From Candidatus Latescibacterota bacterium (GTDB taxonomy: Bacteria; Latescibacterota; UBA2968), in the NCBI GenBank assembly GCA_965204745.1, contig OZ242010.1:1120001-1184000 (forward strand): a DNA stretch of 64,000 nucleotides. The letters are read 5' to 3'. Of this stretch, positions 27,831 through 37,286 are shown one piece after another (within the stretch, counting starts at the first letter, position 1; each line of letters opens with the position of its first letter). A program made the translations under genes and the position numbers. Under the pieces are notes generated by a model that had not been told where the DNA came from, did no database searches, and saw only the letters and a list, made by a program, of their open reading frames with translations.

Positions 27831-28096
27831 GGACAAATTCCTGTGAAAGACAATAGGGAAGAAAAAAAGAAAGAGGAAATGGGGAAGATAAACCTGACGA
27901 TCAGGGGAGAAAGGGGAATCAGAGCCAAGATCGGTTTATCCTCCCCATCCGATAAAGAGAGACTTAAATTCAGAAAAAATAAAATTCAACTGAATATCGT
28001 TTCCCTTTATTTTTTAGGACTTTACGTCCTGCATATACACAAACAAGTGTGTATGTGTTGCTCTCTGTGTGGGGAGTAACAGATTGCAACTGCCAA

Positions 28097-28125
28097 AATA
28101 TACGCTGTCAAGTGTGTATTGTCAA
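28097..28125 (-). promoter_or_regulatory. Sigma70-type promoter overlapped by a pseudo-palindromic operator
   Basis: TTGACA-N17-TATATT; operator ATATACRC-N3-CAAGTGTGTAT at 28098-28119 and 28033-28054. Confidence 0.7.
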
Positions 28126-28286
28126 GGGGAAATATATTACAGGATGATTGTTTTGTTTGCTCAAACTTCTATGCAAAGGTCTCTCTGCTTCTAAAGAATT
28201 TAACTTGCCACGCGGCACATTTCCGTTCATATTGTGCCCTCAAATCCTCAAAATTCTAAACGCGACTGATCTTTTGGGAGGGGTGT

Positions 28287-28790
28287 ATGAGGTTTGGTAA
28301 AATAATTAAACATGCTCGCAATGGACGATTTAGCCAGAGGGCTTTGGGTAAAAGTATTGGCGTATGGGATACTTACATTGGGCAAATAGAAAAAGGTGAA
28401 CGCATACCTTCTGATGACCGGTGCCAACTCCTTGCAAAAGCACTTGACCTTGACCCCCAAAGGCTTCTCTTTTCGGCTTACAAAGAACGCGCTCAGAAAA
28501 CCCCCGAAGGCCGTAAACTTTTTACACAGATGGAAAAACTGATGACGGATCCTGTTATCAGCCAAGTGATTGCCAATCCCCGAATGCTCAACGCAGGCAT
28601 TGTCAAGGCACTCCAGAGTCCTGATATTCGCAAGGTGCTTAAGAACAAGCAATGGTGTGAAGCCCTAAAAGCGAGTGCTTCAACTACGGATCGAGATATT
28701 CCAGAACTCATTAAGATCATTACCCATATCCCTCCCCAGCAATGGCAAGCATTGCTCGGCACGGCAAAAGCTTTTGCTGGAATAACCTGA
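28287..28790 (+). CDS. XRE-family HTH transcriptional regulator
   Basis: FG..IK.AR..SQRALG..IGV...YIGQIEKGERIPS...LAKAL. Confidence 0.85.
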   Translation: MRFGKIIKHARNGRFSQRALGKSIGVWDTYIGQIEKGERIPSDDRCQLLAKALDLDPQRLLFSAYKERAQKTPEGRKLFTQMEKLMTDPVISQVIANPRMLNAGIVKALQSPDIRKVLKNKQWCEALKASASTTDRDIPELIKIITHIPPQQWQALLGTAKAFAGIT

Positions 28791-28817
28791 TCTATTCTTA
28801 ATTCGCCTTAAATTAGA

Positions 28818-28861
28818 AAATCCCCTTTCTCTTAGTGAGAAAGGGGATTTCTTATTTTTTT
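28818..28861 (+). terminator. Intrinsic terminator
   Basis: aaatcccctttctc ttagt gagaaaggggattt followed by a T-run. Confidence 0.75.
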
Positions 28862-28973
28862 CTTTGTGTGACCTTTAACAAGAACGAATCAATCTCAAAC
28901 TACATAAAAACAATATGTTAAACAAATCAAGTTCCCGATTACGATGTGACGAATTCCGTCTGATAGTCCACAA

Positions 28974-28989
28974 TGTTTCATGTGAAACA
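28974..28989. promoter_or_regulatory. parS site (1 mismatch), overlapping the rsmG stop codon
   Basis: TGTTTCATGTGAAACA. Confidence 0.85.
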
Positions 28990-29622
28990 TCTTTGAAGAA
29001 AGACAAATGATCGTATTCGTCGGGTAAATGGCATCGTCAAAGTGGTTTCTGTGGCGCAAAGGTAATCGGGAACTCCATGCACAAATTCGTTTAGGGCGTT
29101 TGGGCCTTTCATTGAAATAAGCACACCGTTAGACGCAAGAAGGGGTTCAATCCAATCCCAAACCTGGGGAAGCCGCGCAACAGCACGGGCTGTACCAATC
29201 TGAAATTTCCCTGATAAGGAAGAATTGCCAGCAAGCGTTTCAGCACGGGCCCTAATAGCGAAAGTGTTTGCAAGACCGAGCACTGTAATAGTTTCAGAAA
29301 GAAAGAGACTTTTCATACGGGCAGGTTCAAGGAGATAAACTTCAAGGTCGGGCCTCATAATTTTGATAATAATACCCGGCAGGCCAGCACCTGAACCCAA
29401 ATCAAGGAGAGGGCCATCTTTAGGAAGATACGGCACAAACGAAAGGCAATCGAGAACGTGACGCTCCCAAATGAAATCGCGGTCATTGCGAGAGATCAAT
29501 CGAACACGCGCCGACCAATCGGTAAGCAAATTGACGTATTGCTTGAGCAAAGAGACCTGTTCATCCAAAAAAGAAAGCCTAAAGGATTTCTCCGCAATAC
29601 TGATGACTTCATTGGGTAACAT
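28978..29622 (-). CDS. rsmG: 16S rRNA m7G527 methyltransferase
   Basis: RHVLDCL, DLGSGAGLPGI, RAE, ARAVA, MKG; downstream of mnmE. Confidence 0.92.
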   Translation of the reverse strand: MLPNEVISIAEKSFRLSFLDEQVSLLKQYVNLLTDWSARVRLISRNDRDFIWERHVLDCLSFVPYLPKDGPLLDLGSGAGLPGIIIKIMRPDLEVYLLEPARMKSLFLSETITVLGLANTFAIRARAETLAGNSSLSGKFQIGTARAVARLPQVWDWIEPLLASNGVLISMKGPNALNEFVHGVPDYLCATETTLTMPFTRRIRSFVFLQRCFT

Positions 29623-29708
29623 AAGGGAGACCTGCAGATTTGTAAGACTTGATGTTCAACGGCGGGATCACTAGCAAACGAAAAAGCGAAAATATGATGC
29701 ACCTCAAC

Positions 29709-29724
29709 TGTTTCACGTGAAACA
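29709..29724. promoter_or_regulatory. parS site (perfect consensus)
   Basis: TGTTTCACGTGAAACA. Confidence 0.92.
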
Positions 29725-31071
29725 CTATTTGCCAATACAGAAAGTTTTGAAAATTTGATCAAGAATATCATCTGAGGTGGTCTGTCCAATAATGGAGGCA
29801 AGCGCGTCAAGTGCGAGTCGAAGATCCATGGCAATAATTTCACCCGGATTACCCAATTCAAGACTTTGGAGAGCTTGGAACAATCCCGATGCGGCCTGTT
29901 GAAGTGCGAGAAGGTGCCGTTCTTTAGTAATCATTTCGGTAGGCAGGCCACTCTTTCCAAGGAGAGTTTCACGGAGGTAGTCACGCAGGGAGGAAATGCC
30001 ATCGCCTGTTTTGGCCGAAAGCGCGATCTGGGGCTGACAGGATTGAACAGATTGCCATTCCTTACAAAGCCCCAAGTCGCTCTTATTGAGAATTAGAAAA
30101 GCGCGATCAACGAGACGAATATTATCCAACTCTTGGGAAGAGGGTGGAAGGGATCCATCTACAACATAGAGAACAATGGCGGCGCGGTCTATGAATTGTT
30201 GAGACCGACGATTCCCTTCTCTTTCCACAGGGTCATCGGTTTCTCGGATGCCAGCGGTATCAACCAATGTAACCGCAATCCCATTGAGATCGATCTGCTC
30301 TTCTATCGTATCTCTGGTTGTACCTGGTATATCTGTAACAATCGCACGATCTTCTTCAAGAAGCCGGTTAAGCAGGCTGGATTTTCCCACATTGGGTTGT
30401 CCGGCTATGGTGACAACAGCACCTTCATGAATAATTTTCCCGCGTTCATAAGAAAAAATGAGGGATTCAACGTCCTCTAAAGCCTGAGATATGGATGATT
30501 TCACCATCCCGAAGTCAATTTCTACATCCTCAGAAAAGTCCAAACCTGCCTCAAGAAGCACGACAGCCTGCCGAATAGATTTAGCTATCTTTTTGAAACG
30601 GCGATGAAGTCCACCTCGAAGTTGAAAAAAAGCAGATTGGAGACTCAGGTCAGTTTTGGCAGTGATCATATCGGCAACTGCTTCGGCCTGTGAGAGGTCT
30701 ATTTTACCGTTGAGAAAAGCCCGCTTGGTAAACTCACCGGGAGCGGCTGGTCGAGCACCTTCTTGAAAAATCGCTTCCAAGATCCGTCTGAGTAGGAACG
30801 GCCCTCCATGACAGTTAAACTCCACCGTATCTTCGCCGGTAAAGGAATTGGGCGCACGCATGACAGAGACCAGAACTTTGTCAAAATCCCGGCCGTGAAT
30901 GCAGAGATGACCAAAAAAAAGTTGTCGTGGGGAAAGGTGACGGAGAGGAATTTTACCTCTGAAGAAATGCTCGCCAATTGAGATCGCCTGTGGTCCGCTG
31001 AGCCTGATGATGCCAATTGCACCTTCACCGGGGGCAGTGGCGATTGCGGCTATGGTGTCTTGGTCGGACAT
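29725..31071 (-). CDS. mnmE: tRNA modification GTPase
   Basis: DTIAAIATAPG, GEFTKRAFLNGK, GQPNVGKSSL, PGTTRD, FCIGK. Confidence 0.97.
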   Translation of the reverse strand: MSDQDTIAAIATAPGEGAIGIIRLSGPQAISIGEHFFRGKIPLRHLSPRQLFFGHLCIHGRDFDKVLVSVMRAPNSFTGEDTVEFNCHGGPFLLRRILEAIFQEGARPAAPGEFTKRAFLNGKIDLSQAEAVADMITAKTDLSLQSAFFQLRGGLHRRFKKIAKSIRQAVVLLEAGLDFSEDVEIDFGMVKSSISQALEDVESLIFSYERGKIIHEGAVVTIAGQPNVGKSSLLNRLLEEDRAIVTDIPGTTRDTIEEQIDLNGIAVTLVDTAGIRETDDPVEREGNRRSQQFIDRAAIVLYVVDGSLPPSSQELDNIRLVDRAFLILNKSDLGLCKEWQSVQSCQPQIALSAKTGDGISSLRDYLRETLLGKSGLPTEMITKERHLLALQQAASGLFQALQSLELGNPGEIIAMDLRLALDALASIIGQTTSDDILDQIFKTFCIGK

Positions 31072-31084
31072 ACGAGCAAACTCG

Positions 31085-32800
31085 TCAGGAGGTGCCCAGT
31101 ATGGATTTGGTTTTTTCCATAATAATCTGCTGGGCGAGAGTCAGGACATTGTAGAGTGTGTAATAAAAGACGAGGCCAGAGGACATATCCCAAAAAATAT
31201 AGGTGAGAAAAACGGGCATGATGTACACGAGAACAGCCTGTTTGGGATCCTTCATCATCATCTTTTGCTGAATAAACATCGACACGCCCATCAAAAGAGG
31301 CAAGATGTGCAGACCAAAATCACCAATGAAAATGGTGTCGGGTTTGGAAAGATCGTCAATCCAAAAAGCGAATCCAGCCTGTCGAAGTTCAATGGTACCT
31401 CGAAACAGAGAAAAGAGGGAAAAGAGAATGGGCATCTGCAAGAGCATGGGTAAACATCCACCGATGGGGTTGATCTTTTCCTCTCGGTAGAGTTTCATCA
31501 TCGCCTCGTTCATTTTTTGCTGATCTTTGGAATAACGCTCGCGGATTTCGGCAATTTTAGGCTGGAGAGTCTGCATCTTTGCTGTGGATTCCAGACTCTT
31601 GTGTGTGAGTGGAAAAACAACGACCTTGACGAGAATGGAAAACAGGATGATGACGACGCCATAATTTGGAACCAGAGCATGCATGGCGAGAAAGGCTTTG
31701 AGAATTAAAATTGTCACCGGCTTGAGAATAGAGCGAACAAAATAAGGGCCGTAATCGACAAATTCGTCGAGATTCAACTCGCGTTCAAATCCATTGAGAT
31801 CGCGGTTTTGAGCACGCAAAATGTCATAAGAAATTGGTCCGATGTAAGCGGTGTAATTGATGGCGTTGAGACCAGAATCAGCACGCATCTCAAAAGCAAA
31901 ATCACGGTAGGAAAAGCCAAGTGCATCGATCTTGGTATCGCCGTAAAGGGCAAGGTCGTAGCGACCATCGTCGGGAATGAGCGCGGCGAGAAAGTATTTA
32001 TTTCTGACGCCAATCCATGTTAGCTGACCACTCGGGGGAGCCTCTTTATCTTGAAGCCGGTCTGTATCCCATGTTTCAACTTCGCCACCTAAATACGTGA
32101 CTATTTGCTCGTAAGCACCTTCATAAAAACTCTCTGACGTACCGCGCTTATTTTCCGTATCGGCGAGACCGCCGTTCCAAGTGATGCCCAATTTATCATC
32201 TCGGGGAAGGCCCTCGGCTATGACCGAAACGTGAACGCGGTACCGATTGCCCTGAAATCGAAAACGTTTCTCAACCGGACCGCGAGGACCTTGAGTGCGA
32301 AACACGATTAAGTCTTGCGTATCACCTGAAATTTCAAGCCGATATCGATCAGGGACAAATTCGAGATCATCAAGGGAGGTACCTGCAATCGCAACACCGA
32401 GTCCTTTGCCACTGGGGGCGATCAATTCGAGCCAATTGCCGTTGCGATCAAAATAGGTCTTGAGTTGCCAACTGGTAATTACGCCACCACGAGTGGAGAT
32501 GGTAGCACGATAAAGATCGGCATCTATAACAACATCCCGTTCTTGAAAGTTTGTTGACGAAACTGAACTTGCGGTGTCATTGACCGGCTGTTGGGTTTTG
32601 GATTGTGGTAGGAATTTTGGTTCGGGAGGTGTATCGACAGTTTGGGGGGCTTCTGTCTGGCGAGGAGTAGATTCTTCTACGGGAAGAGGGCGATCACCAG
32701 CGGGTTGCGGTCTGTCACCTTGGACAAGTTGCATATAGTACGGCATTAGGATCAGGATCAGGCCGATCAACGCAAAGGCAAGTACCGTGCGTCTATCCAT
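31085..32800 (-). CDS. yidC: Membrane protein insertase
   Basis: NYGVVIIL, LQPKI, INPIGGCLPMLLQMPI, WIDDLS.PD. Confidence 0.95.
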   Translation of the reverse strand: MDRRTVLAFALIGLILILMPYYMQLVQGDRPQPAGDRPLPVEESTPRQTEAPQTVDTPPEPKFLPQSKTQQPVNDTASSVSSTNFQERDVVIDADLYRATISTRGGVITSWQLKTYFDRNGNWLELIAPSGKGLGVAIAGTSLDDLEFVPDRYRLEISGDTQDLIVFRTQGPRGPVEKRFRFQGNRYRVHVSVIAEGLPRDDKLGITWNGGLADTENKRGTSESFYEGAYEQIVTYLGGEVETWDTDRLQDKEAPPSGQLTWIGVRNKYFLAALIPDDGRYDLALYGDTKIDALGFSYRDFAFEMRADSGLNAINYTAYIGPISYDILRAQNRDLNGFERELNLDEFVDYGPYFVRSILKPVTILILKAFLAMHALVPNYGVVIILFSILVKVVVFPLTHKSLESTAKMQTLQPKIAEIRERYSKDQQKMNEAMMKLYREEKINPIGGCLPMLLQMPILFSLFSLFRGTIELRQAGFAFWIDDLSKPDTIFIGDFGLHILPLLMGVSMFIQQKMMMKDPKQAVLVYIMPVFLTYIFWDMSSGLVFYYTLYNVLTLAQQIIMEKTKSILGTS

Positions 32801-32863
32801 AGATTACGTCCTTCTATATTTTTATAATAATTGAAGAGAGGGGAAGGGATTGCAAAAAGGGGA

Positions 32864-33193
32864 TCAAGGGTTGATGAGACCGAGATTTTGAAATGCTCGG
32901 TGCAGTTCGAGACGGAGTTGGGCATAAGAGACACCGCAAGCATGATCTCCTATGGAGATAAGTAACAGATGGTGAGGATGTCCCAGAGGTATCAGTTGGG
33001 AACATATTGCACGTACCTGCCGGCGGATACGGTTGCGCCGAACTGCGTTGCCAAATTTCTTCCGAATTGAAATGAGCGTTAGATCCAAGTCGGATGTGCC
33101 TATCCGAACATGAACCCAACGCCCACGAAAGATCTGACCGTGCTGTCGAATTTTCGCAATCTCGCCTCGGATGTGCCGGTTGGGAGCTCCCAT
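32864..33193 (-). CDS. rnpA: Ribonuclease P protein component
   Basis: ISIRKKFGNAVRRNRIRR (RNR motif); synteny with rpmH and yidC. Confidence 0.85.
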   Translation of the reverse strand: MGAPNRHIRGEIAKIRQHGQIFRGRWVHVRIGTSDLDLTLISIRKKFGNAVRRNRIRRQVRAICSQLIPLGHPHHLLLISIGDHACGVSYAQLRLELHRAFQNLGLINP

Positions 33194-33208
33194 AAAAACA
33201 CCTACATA

Positions 33209-33343
33209 TCAGTGCGACAGGTGCTTGCGACCCTTTCGACGCCGGCGGTTCAGCACATGGCGACCACCGGGAGAGCTCATACGAGCGCGAAAACCATGTT
33301 TGTTTTTGCGCTTGCGATTGTGTGGTTGAAATGTGCGTTTCAT
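33209..33343 (-). CDS. rpmH: 50S ribosomal protein L34 (not in the ORF track)
   Basis: Translates [44 protein letters not shown]. Confidence 0.97.
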   Translation of the reverse strand: MKRTFQPHNRKRKNKHGFRARMSSPGGRHVLNRRRRKGRKHLSH

Positions 33344-33398
33344 CAAAACACCTCGTATCTGTAAAAATTTCAATTATCTATATCGGCAAAGACTTTGG

Positions 33399-33427
33399 AA
33401 TATAGAGGAGCGTATCTCCTTTGTCAA
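33399..33427 (-). promoter_or_regulatory. rpmH sigma70 promoter
   Basis: TTGACA-N17-TATATT. Confidence 0.7.
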
Positions 33428-33568
33428 GCGATTTCACTTTAAGGGCGTTTGAGATGAATACACCACAATATAAAGTGTACATTTTTTTTGTACACTTTAT
33501 ATTGATTATATGATACTATTTTATTATTTTTCAAATACTTATCTTCAATTTTTTTGATCAAAACCCGC

Positions 33569-33597
33569 TTGACATCCATTATTTCCTTAATTAGCTT
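33569..33597 (+). promoter_or_regulatory. dnaA sigma70 promoter
   Basis: TTGACA-N17-TAGCTT. Confidence 0.6.
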
Positions 33598-33860
33598 TCA
33601 AGCACTTCAACTTCTGAAGTACATTCCCCCGCGGTTGTCTGTGGTTAAGAATAACCGGACTGTTTCGATTTCAAAGTTTCAGAGTACTTTCAATTCTCTT
33701 CCCACGATTGAAAGTCATCTCCCACCCTACTGAAACGAAATCGACCTCCCTAATGTTCGGATTTCTCAGACAACAATTTCCAAATGCTTAAAACAACTAC
33801 TTACTATTCCCCATCGTTGGCCTGTGTTTGCCAGCATTGGCACAGACGGATCTTTGTCTT

Positions 33861-35243
33861 ATGGATGAACGCTCTTCTGGCTCATGGAGTCAGTGTCTCC
33901 ACGCCATCCAACAGAAAATACAAGGTCAGAGCTTTGAAACTTGGTTTGCTCCCATTACGGTGCGCCAGTTTACCCCTGAAGAAGCCGTTTTGGGGGTGCC
34001 CGATAGTTTTTTTGCCGATTGGCTTGAAGAAAATTACATCGGGTTGATCAAAGCGACCATTCATGAAGTTTTCACCTGGAATCCACGCATTACGTTTGCC
34101 ATTGATGCGACTCCTCCTGTGAAACCCGCACCCTCGTTCATAAACGAGGTATCATCCCATTCTGCATCTGATACGCCACCTACTCGTGCTTTTTCCTCTG
34201 AACTCGAACCCGTTCAACCAGTATTTCCGCTCAATCCGCGCTACCGCTTTGACAATTTTGTTATCGGTGAAAGCAATGAGGTGTCGTTCTCTGCAGCAAT
34301 GGCTACAGCAGAGTCGCCAGGACAAACAGCTTTTAACCCTCTTGTACTTTATGGTGGTGTTGGTCTGGGAAAAACTCATCTGTTGCAGGCCATCGGTGCA
34401 TATTGTATCGAAATGGGGACAGCGCAACGAGTGGTTTACGTTACCGCAGAGAAATTTCTCACTGATTATTTAGAAGGGATCAATCGCGGGACAACCGCTA
34501 ATTTCTATCAAACCTATCGCCAAGCGGATGTGTTGCTGGTTGATGATATTCAGTTTTATGTGAAAACCGAAGGTTGCCAAAGAGAATTTATCCATACATT
34601 CAACGCGCTATATCAAGCCGATAAACAGATTATCATTAGTTCAGATCGCCCGCCATCCCACCTCAAGGGATTTGAAGATCGATTGATTTCTCGATTTCAA
34701 TGGGGTTTGGTTACAAATATTGAAGCCCCTGACGTTTCCACACGTATGGAAATTTTAATGCAAAAAGCAGAAGAAATGGGTATTTCACTGTTCCAAGAAA
34801 TTGCCAGTTTTTTGGCTGAACAGATCAATACCAATATCCGAGAACTTGAAGGCGCGCTAAAACGCCTCGTGGCCTTTACCAAATTACAAGGCTATCCACT
34901 CACCATTGAGACAGTGCGAAAGACGCTGTTGAGTCCGCCTCAAAGGACCAAACCGACTATCAGTATTGAAAGTATCCAAAAAGCAACAGCCAACTTTTTT
35001 GAGATACCTTTAGAGAAACTGGTTGGTGCAACGCGAAAGCAAGATGTGGCAACGGCCCGTCATGTGAGCATGTATTTGAGCAAATCCCTTACAGGAGCAC
35101 CCCTCAAGACAATCGGTTTGCAATTTGGAAATCGCGATCACAGCACAGTCATTCACTCCTGTCGGAAAGTAGAAAGCAAAATATCAACAGATCCGGCGTT
35201 TGAACATCTCGTCAGTCAACTACAAGATCATATCGTAGGTTAG
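33861..35243 (+). CDS. dnaA: Chromosomal replication initiator
   Basis: Y.FDNFV.G.SN, NPLVLYGGVGLGKTHL, DDIQF, SSDRPP, RELEGAL, RDHSTVIH. Confidence 0.98.
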   Translation: MDERSSGSWSQCLHAIQQKIQGQSFETWFAPITVRQFTPEEAVLGVPDSFFADWLEENYIGLIKATIHEVFTWNPRITFAIDATPPVKPAPSFINEVSSHSASDTPPTRAFSSELEPVQPVFPLNPRYRFDNFVIGESNEVSFSAAMATAESPGQTAFNPLVLYGGVGLGKTHLLQAIGAYCIEMGTAQRVVYVTAEKFLTDYLEGINRGTTANFYQTYRQADVLLVDDIQFYVKTEGCQREFIHTFNALYQADKQIIISSDRPPSHLKGFEDRLISRFQWGLVTNIEAPDVSTRMEILMQKAEEMGISLFQEIASFLAEQINTNIRELEGALKRLVAFTKLQGYPLTIETVRKTLLSPPQRTKPTISIESIQKATANFFEIPLEKLVGATRKQDVATARHVSMYLSKSLTGAPLKTIGLQFGNRDHSTVIHSCRKVESKISTDPAFEHLVSQLQDHIVG

Positions 35244-36116
35244 TGCAAAACTCTATGTAGAAACTTATGCGTCGTGTCGATCTATGAGATGCGTTAAATG
35301 ATTTGCTAGATCAATCATCCTGTTCAAGTACTGAAGTATATAACCCCAAGCTTCTATGGAAGTTTGGGGATTTCTTTTTCCCAATAAAACGATCTCCCGG
35401 TAGAGGTTGTTCACATTACATCTACATTTTATTTTAAGTTGTGACTCATATAGTTTTGGAGTAATAATGATAACAGTGTGGATTCTGTGGAAAATGGATT
35501 TATTCGCTCAATCAAAGGCAAAAAATAGAGAGAAAGAAGCCATCTGTCAATCTGACATTGTGTATTTTTGTGTGTAGAAAATGTGAAAAACAGTGTGGTT
35601 TTCCACATTTAGAGATGTGGATTTGTTTTTTACACATAGAATCCACAATATATCAAGATTATTTTTCACATACAAAAACCTGTGCACAACTCTGTGCACA
35701 AACCTTATTTGTCCTTAAAAATCAATAAGTTTCTATTTTCGTGTTTAATTGGTCCAAGTCGAGTTATCCACATCGGGTAGATTTGTTGTTGATTGAAAAT
35801 TAGAACTGCTCTCGCATTAGCAAACCAACGATGATCTAATGGCTTGACCGACGATTTGAGACCTGATGGATGCCCTATCCTTATGATTACAGGCCAACCA
35901 ATTCACGTCATTTTCTATCGAAATAGACTGTCTGGAGACCAAATAGAGAAGGTTTTAGAAGACAAAAAGTAGGTTGACAAAATCGTTAAAATTCAGTAAA
36001 TTGCGGTGTTGTAATTGAGCAAAAATCAATCATTTTTAGAAAAAAATGAAGTCCTACGTTCAATGGGATAAAACACCATTCACAAAGGGCTTGACACGCT
36101 CGGGAGAACCACATTT
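35244..36116. other. Probable oriC (dnaA-dnaN intergenic region)
   Basis: AT-rich 870 bp; perfect TTATCCACA at 35764 and many near boxes (TGTGGAAAA, TTTTCCACA, TGTGGATT, CTGTGCACA) in 35476-35772. Confidence 0.8.
35974..36002 (+). promoter_or_regulatory. dnaN sigma70 promoter
   Basis: TTGACA-N17-TAAATT. Confidence 0.6.
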
Positions 36117-37286
36117 ATGAAAGTTTCAATCGAAAAAGAGGAACTCCTCAAAGGTATCCAAGCTGTGATTGATATCGTGCCTTCTAAAACCGCCTTGCCA
36201 GTGTTGTCCAATATCCTGATTGATGCCAGCAATGGTCAAGGTGTGTGTTTGAGTGCTACGGATCTCGATATATCAATCACCTGCAAACTTTCAGCGACCA
36301 TTGAAGATGCTGGGTCAACCACTGTGCCGGCACGCAAGTTCTCAGAAATTGTGCGCGAGTTGCCCGAAGAATCTCTATCCCTCATAGCGGAAGAAGGACG
36401 GGTGATGCTCCAACGCCAAAGTGGTGCCCAAGGAACCTATGCCCTGATGTCGGTGCCAGCCGACGATTTTCCCGAACTGCCTACGGAGATTGACGGTACT
36501 GAAATCGCGTTTGCAGATGGGGAAGAAGACAGGCCCGATAGCAATGCACTCAATGAAATGGTCTTCAAAACGATTTTTGCCGTGTCCCGCGATGAAACCC
36601 GCCCGGTGCTCAATGGGGTACTTTGGCAGGTCGGCGATGGTCGCATGACGATGGTCGCAACGGACGGGCATCGCTTGGTCAAATATTCGCGGATTCAGCA
36701 AGGATTACCCGAAAACAACACAGAAGCCATTGTCCCGCCTCGTGCTTTGAATCATGTGGTCAAGCTCATGAACGGGGGGATAAGCCTTCAAAAAGCACAA
36801 TTTGGGCAAAGCCATGTGTTGTTTGCTTTAGGCGATGAAGACGATGAAGATGCCATTCAGATTTTCTCTCGCGTGATTGAAGGCCCCTATATTGGTTACG
36901 AACAGGTGATTCCTCAAAACAATGGCAAGCGACTTCGGGTTTCGAATAGTCACTTGTTGCCTGCTGTGCGTCGCGTCTCTATCCTTGCCAGTACTCAGAC
37001 ACACCAATTGCGGCTCGCAATCAAAAAGAATGAACTTGAATTGTCGGCTACCAGTCAGGAAATAGGGGGCGAAGCTCGAGAGCATCTCGATGTCGATTAC
37101 GATGCCGAGGAAATGATTATCGGATATAATTCCACCTATCTACAAGAGGTGCTCAGGCGCATTACCTGTGACGAGGTGCTCTTTGAACTCGACAGTGCTG
37201 TTGCCGCAGGTATCATCAGGCCCGGCGAACAACTCGAAGGTGAAGACTATCTTTGCCTGCTTATGCCCCTGCGGCTCAATGAATGA
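36117..37286 (+). CDS. dnaN: DNA polymerase III beta clamp
   Basis: ATDL, DETRPVLNG, VATDGHRL, Y.QVIP, LLMPLR. Confidence 0.97.
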   Translation: MKVSIEKEELLKGIQAVIDIVPSKTALPVLSNILIDASNGQGVCLSATDLDISITCKLSATIEDAGSTTVPARKFSEIVRELPEESLSLIAEEGRVMLQRQSGAQGTYALMSVPADDFPELPTEIDGTEIAFADGEEDRPDSNALNEMVFKTIFAVSRDETRPVLNGVLWQVGDGRMTMVATDGHRLVKYSRIQQGLPENNTEAIVPPRALNHVVKLMNGGISLQKAQFGQSHVLFALGDEDDEDAIQIFSRVIEGPYIGYEQVIPQNNGKRLRVSNSHLLPAVRRVSILASTQTHQLRLAIKKNELELSATSQEIGGEAREHLDVDYDAEEMIIGYNSTYLQEVLRRITCDEVLFELDSAVAAGIIRPGEQLEGEDYLCLLMPLRLNE

